Below, piece by piece: positions 33,035 to 36,935 of a stretch of 36,935 bases of DNA (within the stretch, counting starts at the first letter, position 1; each line of letters starts with the position of its first letter). The stretch is from a virus. Lineage: Duplodnaviria > Caudoviricetes. Below the pieces are notes generated by a model. The model saw only the letters and a program-made list of their open reading frames with translations. It did no database searches and was not told the DNA's origin. The stretch covers positions 1-36,935 of the IMG/VR virus record IMGVR_UViG_3300032135_000029. The stretch is one strand, 5' to 3'. Both the position numbers and the translations under genes were made by a program.

Positions 33035-33775
33035 TTAGAGCAGTTCCGAACGGAACGCGTCGAGCGTCTTCGTGTTGCCCTCAATCCATCCGGCGATATT
33101 TGCCTGATGGTGCGCAAGACGGTTACCGCCGTCGGCCTTGTCGAGCTCGCGCAGTCGAGTAGTCTTCTGTGAAGCCTCGTATGCCTTCACGTCAACCTCT
33201 GGGGCGCTTGCGTCCCATGACGGGCGAGCGGAACACTTGTCGTTGTTGTGGGCCGCAAAATCGGCGGTAGCGCTTTTGTAAACAGCGCCACGTTGCGACA
33301 ACATCACGCAAAAATCACATGACCCTGCGCGTGCTACGCGGTTCCATCCCTGAGCCCTTGGGTCTGCACCGACATTGCGCATCACCGTTTGAGAAGCAAT
33401 CGCGTTAACAATCCCGCTGCCGACCACTTGCACGCGTGCCAGTGCGTCCGTAGACGATCCGCCATTGAGCGGATCGACGGCCCAACGAATCGACCCCGCG
33501 GTGGCTGCCGTGTCGAAGTCCGTGGCAATGTCGGCCACATACTTAGACGGCACACGTTCGGACACTCGCAGATCGTCGTAATACTGGGCCGCAAGTAGTG
33601 ACGTTGTTTCGCCATAGGCGATGCCATTGGCGAGAACTACGTCGGTCATTGCGTCTCGAACTGTTGCCACATTGTCGAGGCTTAGTGAGCGCCACGAGTT
33701 AGCGATGCGACGCGCTGACCGTGCCTCAATCTTCGCAATGTTCGCCCTATATTCGAGCGTCAGCATGTCGACCAT
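33035..33775 (-). CDS. Head maturation / MuF-like minor capsid protein
   Basis: WNRVARAGSCDFCVMLSQRGAVY...AHNNDKC; between portal and scaffold. Confidence 0.75.
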   Translation of the reverse strand: MVDMLTLEYRANIAKIEARSARRIANSWRSLSLDNVATVRDAMTDVVLANGIAYGETTSLLAAQYYDDLRVSERVPSKYVADIATDFDTAATAGSIRWAVDPLNGGSSTDALARVQVVGSGIVNAIASQTVMRNVGADPRAQGWNRVARAGSCDFCVMLSQRGAVYKSATADFAAHNNDKCSARPSWDASAPEVDVKAYEASQKTTRLRELDKADGGNRLAHHQANIAGWIEGNTKTLDAFRSELL

Positions 33776-33780
33776 GACGC

Positions 33781-35187
33781 CTACAGTTGCGTGGCGTCAG
33801 GAGTATTGAGCAAGTCAGCCACCCTGACCGACGCCTCTGCACGCTGCTTCTCAGCGAGCGCACGCCGCGCCTGATCGTCAGTGAGGCCCAATAGTTCTAG
33901 GCCCACACTCGTCTCAGCGAGCCACGGCAGGACGGACAGTTGCTTCATGCCCGCATCGGCCTCAGCGGAACGTGACAAGAACTGTGCAGGACGCCACTTC
34001 GGACGTAGGTCAGGCTCAATGGCCGCGGTCAGTTCAGGATCGCCGGCCTTCATCGCCAGTGCACGAGCAACCACGCGGGAAAGTGCCGGAGTCCAGTCGT
34101 CAGTAGCACCCTCGGCCTCCGCGATGAGATCGTGCTGTGCGGCATCGTAGGACTCGGCGCTCGTCGGGTTAGCCAGCTGGGTAATCGCCAGCGACGAGTC
34201 TGGGAGTCCGGCCTCGCGTGCGAACAGTTTGGCGTGTGCGTTCAGTGCCGCGAGGTGAGGTTCGGGGGACGACGCCGAGAACTGCTTTACGTCGACGCGC
34301 GGATTGACCGCGTCCTCATCGTCGGGGATGCCCTTGATGCGACCAAGCATCACCTGGAACGGGTCAGCGTTGTCGCCAAAGATCGACGTGTCAGCACCAA
34401 GCATCCACATCTCAGGGAACGAGTAAACGTCCATGTGACCCTCGAGGCGCAACAGTTCACGGATAGCCATGTCCTGAATCGCCATCATGGGACGCGAGAT
34501 ACGCGAGGAACCGAACGCGCGACCAGTGCGCGGACGATATGGCAACAGGTCCAACGTCATCCCGTAACCGTGCTCAGAGCGTGACACCTGGGTCCAGATG
34601 CCCCGAACCTTCTCGCAGGTGGATACGATGCCTGGAAGGTGCAAGGTGATGCCGATCGGCTGCCCGTTGTCTGTACTGGCATCGCTCGTGCCGCGCTCGT
34701 CAATAACAAGCCCGGCACTCAGACGACGGGTGCGGGCATTCCAGATGCCGGTAGCGTCCAGGGCGTCAAAGAAGTGGATGCCGACGTCCGGCTCGCCGGG
34801 TTCGCCTGCCACTGTGGACACGAACGCCGACGCGTGAATCAGGGAGGCCGTAGCACCCTGGCCGATCTCCGAACCGAGCGCATTGTCTGACCACAACTCA
34901 TCGAAACCAAGGCTCGACAGGTCGCCGCCAGTCCACGTGAACGTGTCCACGTTGCAACGACGCACCAGCATGTCGACAGCCTTCGCCGTCCAGCCCACCG
35001 TCGTCGCAAGGTTGCTGTATGCGGGCGGCAGAATAGCCGCCACCTGGTGCACCGCGTGCTTGGATTCGTAGTACGAACGGCGCAAAACATTGCGGCGCAA
35101 CTTGTCGGATATCTGCTCAAGCATCGTGTTCACGACGGAGTTCTCGTCTTTAGAGAGTCCCGTGATGGTGATGGGCGTATGCGCCAT
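33781..35187 (-). CDS. Portal protein (SPP1 gp6-like)
   Basis: 468 aa after terL; FGSSRISR and NPTSAE motifs. Confidence 0.92.
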   Translation of the reverse strand: MAHTPITITGLSKDENSVVNTMLEQISDKLRRNVLRRSYYESKHAVHQVAAILPPAYSNLATTVGWTAKAVDMLVRRCNVDTFTWTGGDLSSLGFDELWSDNALGSEIGQGATASLIHASAFVSTVAGEPGEPDVGIHFFDALDATGIWNARTRRLSAGLVIDERGTSDASTDNGQPIGITLHLPGIVSTCEKVRGIWTQVSRSEHGYGMTLDLLPYRPRTGRAFGSSRISRPMMAIQDMAIRELLRLEGHMDVYSFPEMWMLGADTSIFGDNADPFQVMLGRIKGIPDDEDAVNPRVDVKQFSASSPEPHLAALNAHAKLFAREAGLPDSSLAITQLANPTSAESYDAAQHDLIAEAEGATDDWTPALSRVVARALAMKAGDPELTAAIEPDLRPKWRPAQFLSRSAEADAGMKQLSVLPWLAETSVGLELLGLTDDQARRALAEKQRAEASVRVADLLNTPDATQL

Positions 35188-35188
35188 G

Positions 35189-36685
35189 TCACATCACCTG
35201 TGCCTTTCGTCTGCCGCCAGAATTTCCGCGAGTATTTGAGTTGCCGTCTTTCGGGCGCCTACCCCTGTTCTTCAGGCCAGACACCGCAAGCGCGACAGCC
35301 TCCATTGCTGGAATGTCGGCGTCTTCCTCGAGTGACAGGAATCCCCATCCGCCCTGATTTCCAATAGGGCGACGGCCAGCGGCAGATACCGCACGGGATA
35401 GTCCCGGCTGGCCCGCGTGCGTAATGTCGCCCAGTTTGATGAGTTCAATGAGGTGGGCGCTTAGCGTGATGATGCCCTCGAAGGTGGGGCGCACCAGGCG
35501 ACGACGCTGAACACCAGCCGCGATGAGTTCCTCAGTGAGCAACCCCGCCATCGACTTGCCGTCGATCACAATCGAGTCAGCATCGCGCCAACGTTCCGCG
35601 AGCCACTTAGTGACGTTCGCTAGGCCGACTGACGTAGAGGCCGACTCGAGCACCTCAACAAACGGGCGCCCATCCTCGCAAGTCTCCGCAACGGCAATAG
35701 CCATCCGCGAGCCGTCTGCCGAGAACCGCACGCCATATGCGACGCGTCCTTCAGTTGGCGTCGGGCCAGTGAGGTTCTCCCAGACACCTGGCTCGACCAA
35801 GCGAGCCGCGGCCTTCGCGTCATCCCAAATGCCATACGCCTCACGGCGGAAGTTGTCATCTGAGCCAAGGAGTTTCTGCATCCGCAGAATCGCAGACTTG
35901 CCAGTTCTATGAGGGAAAGAAGGGTTAGCCTTCGCGAGCTGGGTCCAGTCAACAATCTTCGCGTCGGGATCTGCCGAAAACTCAACGAACGCAGTGTCCG
36001 CATCGCCATCAATAGCGTCACTTCGGCGTGCAGTGAACACCTCGCCGCTATCCTTGCCCGGACGCGGCGGCGTACCCATGAGAAACACGAGACCATTGGG
36101 TGCCGCATTCGTTGCCGGCACCATGTCGCCCATTGCGTTCTCGGTGAGTTTCTGAGCCTCGTCAAGAATCAGCACGTCGACCTTGTCGAATCCTCGACCG
36201 AAGCCAAACTCGCGGGCACCAAAGAGGATGCGGGAGCCATTCTTAAACTCGATGACTTGCTGGCCGTTCGCCGTGCGTGGTTTGCCGTTAATGTACTTGC
36301 GGACACGCGGCTTCATCGCCATCGTCCGCATCTTGCCGAACGTCTCATCCGACGTGCGCGAGTGGTGCGCTGTCCAGATGACAGTGAGGTTAGGGTTTAG
36401 CGTGCAGAGAGCAAAGACGAGCCATCCGATGAGGTAGGTCTTTCCGGTCTGGCGGGGGATCGACAGCACCACTCCGCCAACGGTCGCCGCATACTTCCCA
36501 TCGGCTCGCTTGGCTAGAGAAAGACTTCCAATGCCGTGCTGCCAAGGGTCGAAGCCGATGCCGAAAGCCTTGCAGCGATCACGGACAGACGGCCAAGCGG
36601 TAGTGACAATTCCGGTAGGGGAGTTGAGGTGTCGCGCTATCTCAGAGAGTCGCGGGGTCGAAGCTTTCGTCTGGGGTCGGGGCAT
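35189..36685 (-). CDS. Terminase large subunit
   Basis: Walker A PRQTGKT, Walker B LILDEAQ, GTPP, ANPS. Confidence 0.95.
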   Translation of the reverse strand: MPRPQTKASTPRLSEIARHLNSPTGIVTTAWPSVRDRCKAFGIGFDPWQHGIGSLSLAKRADGKYAATVGGVVLSIPRQTGKTYLIGWLVFALCTLNPNLTVIWTAHHSRTSDETFGKMRTMAMKPRVRKYINGKPRTANGQQVIEFKNGSRILFGAREFGFGRGFDKVDVLILDEAQKLTENAMGDMVPATNAAPNGLVFLMGTPPRPGKDSGEVFTARRSDAIDGDADTAFVEFSADPDAKIVDWTQLAKANPSFPHRTGKSAILRMQKLLGSDDNFRREAYGIWDDAKAAARLVEPGVWENLTGPTPTEGRVAYGVRFSADGSRMAIAVAETCEDGRPFVEVLESASTSVGLANVTKWLAERWRDADSIVIDGKSMAGLLTEELIAAGVQRRRLVRPTFEGIITLSAHLIELIKLGDITHAGQPGLSRAVSAAGRRPIGNQGGWGFLSLEEDADIPAMEAVALAVSGLKNRGRRPKDGNSNTRGNSGGRRKAQVM

Positions 36686-36890
36686 CTTCTGACTCCTCCG
36701 ACTCCTCCGTCTCGATAGACTCGATCTCTTTTGCGATGTCCATGAGTCGCTTCGTTAGTGCGGCGAGTGGGGCACCAGTGGTCTTGGGGTCATCAACCGA
36801 CATGGCTATACGCTCACGTGTGGCGATGAGTAGGTCCAGGGTTGTACCGGACTTTGCGGCCTCAGAAACGGCACCTTGTGACATAGCCAA
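36642..36890 (-). CDS. Terminase small subunit
   Basis: 82 aa overlapping the terL start; LLIATRERIA...LAALTKRL helical motif. Confidence 0.75.
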   Translation of the reverse strand: MAMSQGAVSEAAKSGTTLDLLIATRERIAMSVDDPKTTGAPLAALTKRLMDIAKEIESIETEESEESEDAPTPDESFDPATL

Positions 36891-36935
36891 TCCTTTACCG
36901 TCGCTTTGAAAAAAACACTGGGGAGAGACCGCTCA

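Larger units (their letters stand above)
1..36935 (-). mobile_element. Complete or near-complete temperate actinobacteriophage (siphovirus) genome
   Basis: Full set of head, tail, lysis, integration, immunity and replication modules, with an intact attP in the middle. HNH gene at one end and small terminase at the other. WhiB and high GC point to an actinobacterial host. Confidence 0.95.

Noticed and set aside
18600-36720. Numerous + strand ORFs across the structural region
   Set aside because: Antisense shadows of well-supported - strand genes in high-GC DNA. Only 28760-29023 lies in a real gap and has a promoter.

Overview
The window looks like a complete ~36.9 kb temperate siphovirus genome from a high-GC actinobacterial host, shown in reverse orientation, with almost all genes on the - strand. 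It appears to be opened at or near the packaging (cos) site, between an HNH endonuclease gene (51-359) and the small terminase gene (36642-36890). Reading from the right end: terminase, portal, head, neck and tail genes (tail assembly chaperone with a -1 frameshift, an inserted HNH gene, tape measure, minor tail genes). Then a lysis cassette containing a DEDDy exonuclease, a lipoprotein gene, attP (3' half of tRNA-Tyr with paired arm sites), a tyrosine integrase and a repressor/Cro/Xis switch. A long, translationally coupled early operon follows (SMC/Rad50-like ATPase, RecE-like exonuclease, C5 DNA methyltransferase, WhiB, SSB, RusA-like resolvase, replication protein, Zn/HTH regulator). The most interesting unexplained elements are: (i) a ~480-nt, densely structured, probably non-coding leader behind a near-consensus promoter at the head of the late operon; (ii) a counter-oriented, apparently autoregulated two-gene cassette (Cys-rich protein + ribbon-helix-helix protein); (iii) a network of complementary AACCGCG/CGCGGTT elements around the major tail gene. 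All product calls come from motifs and synteny; no database searches were run.
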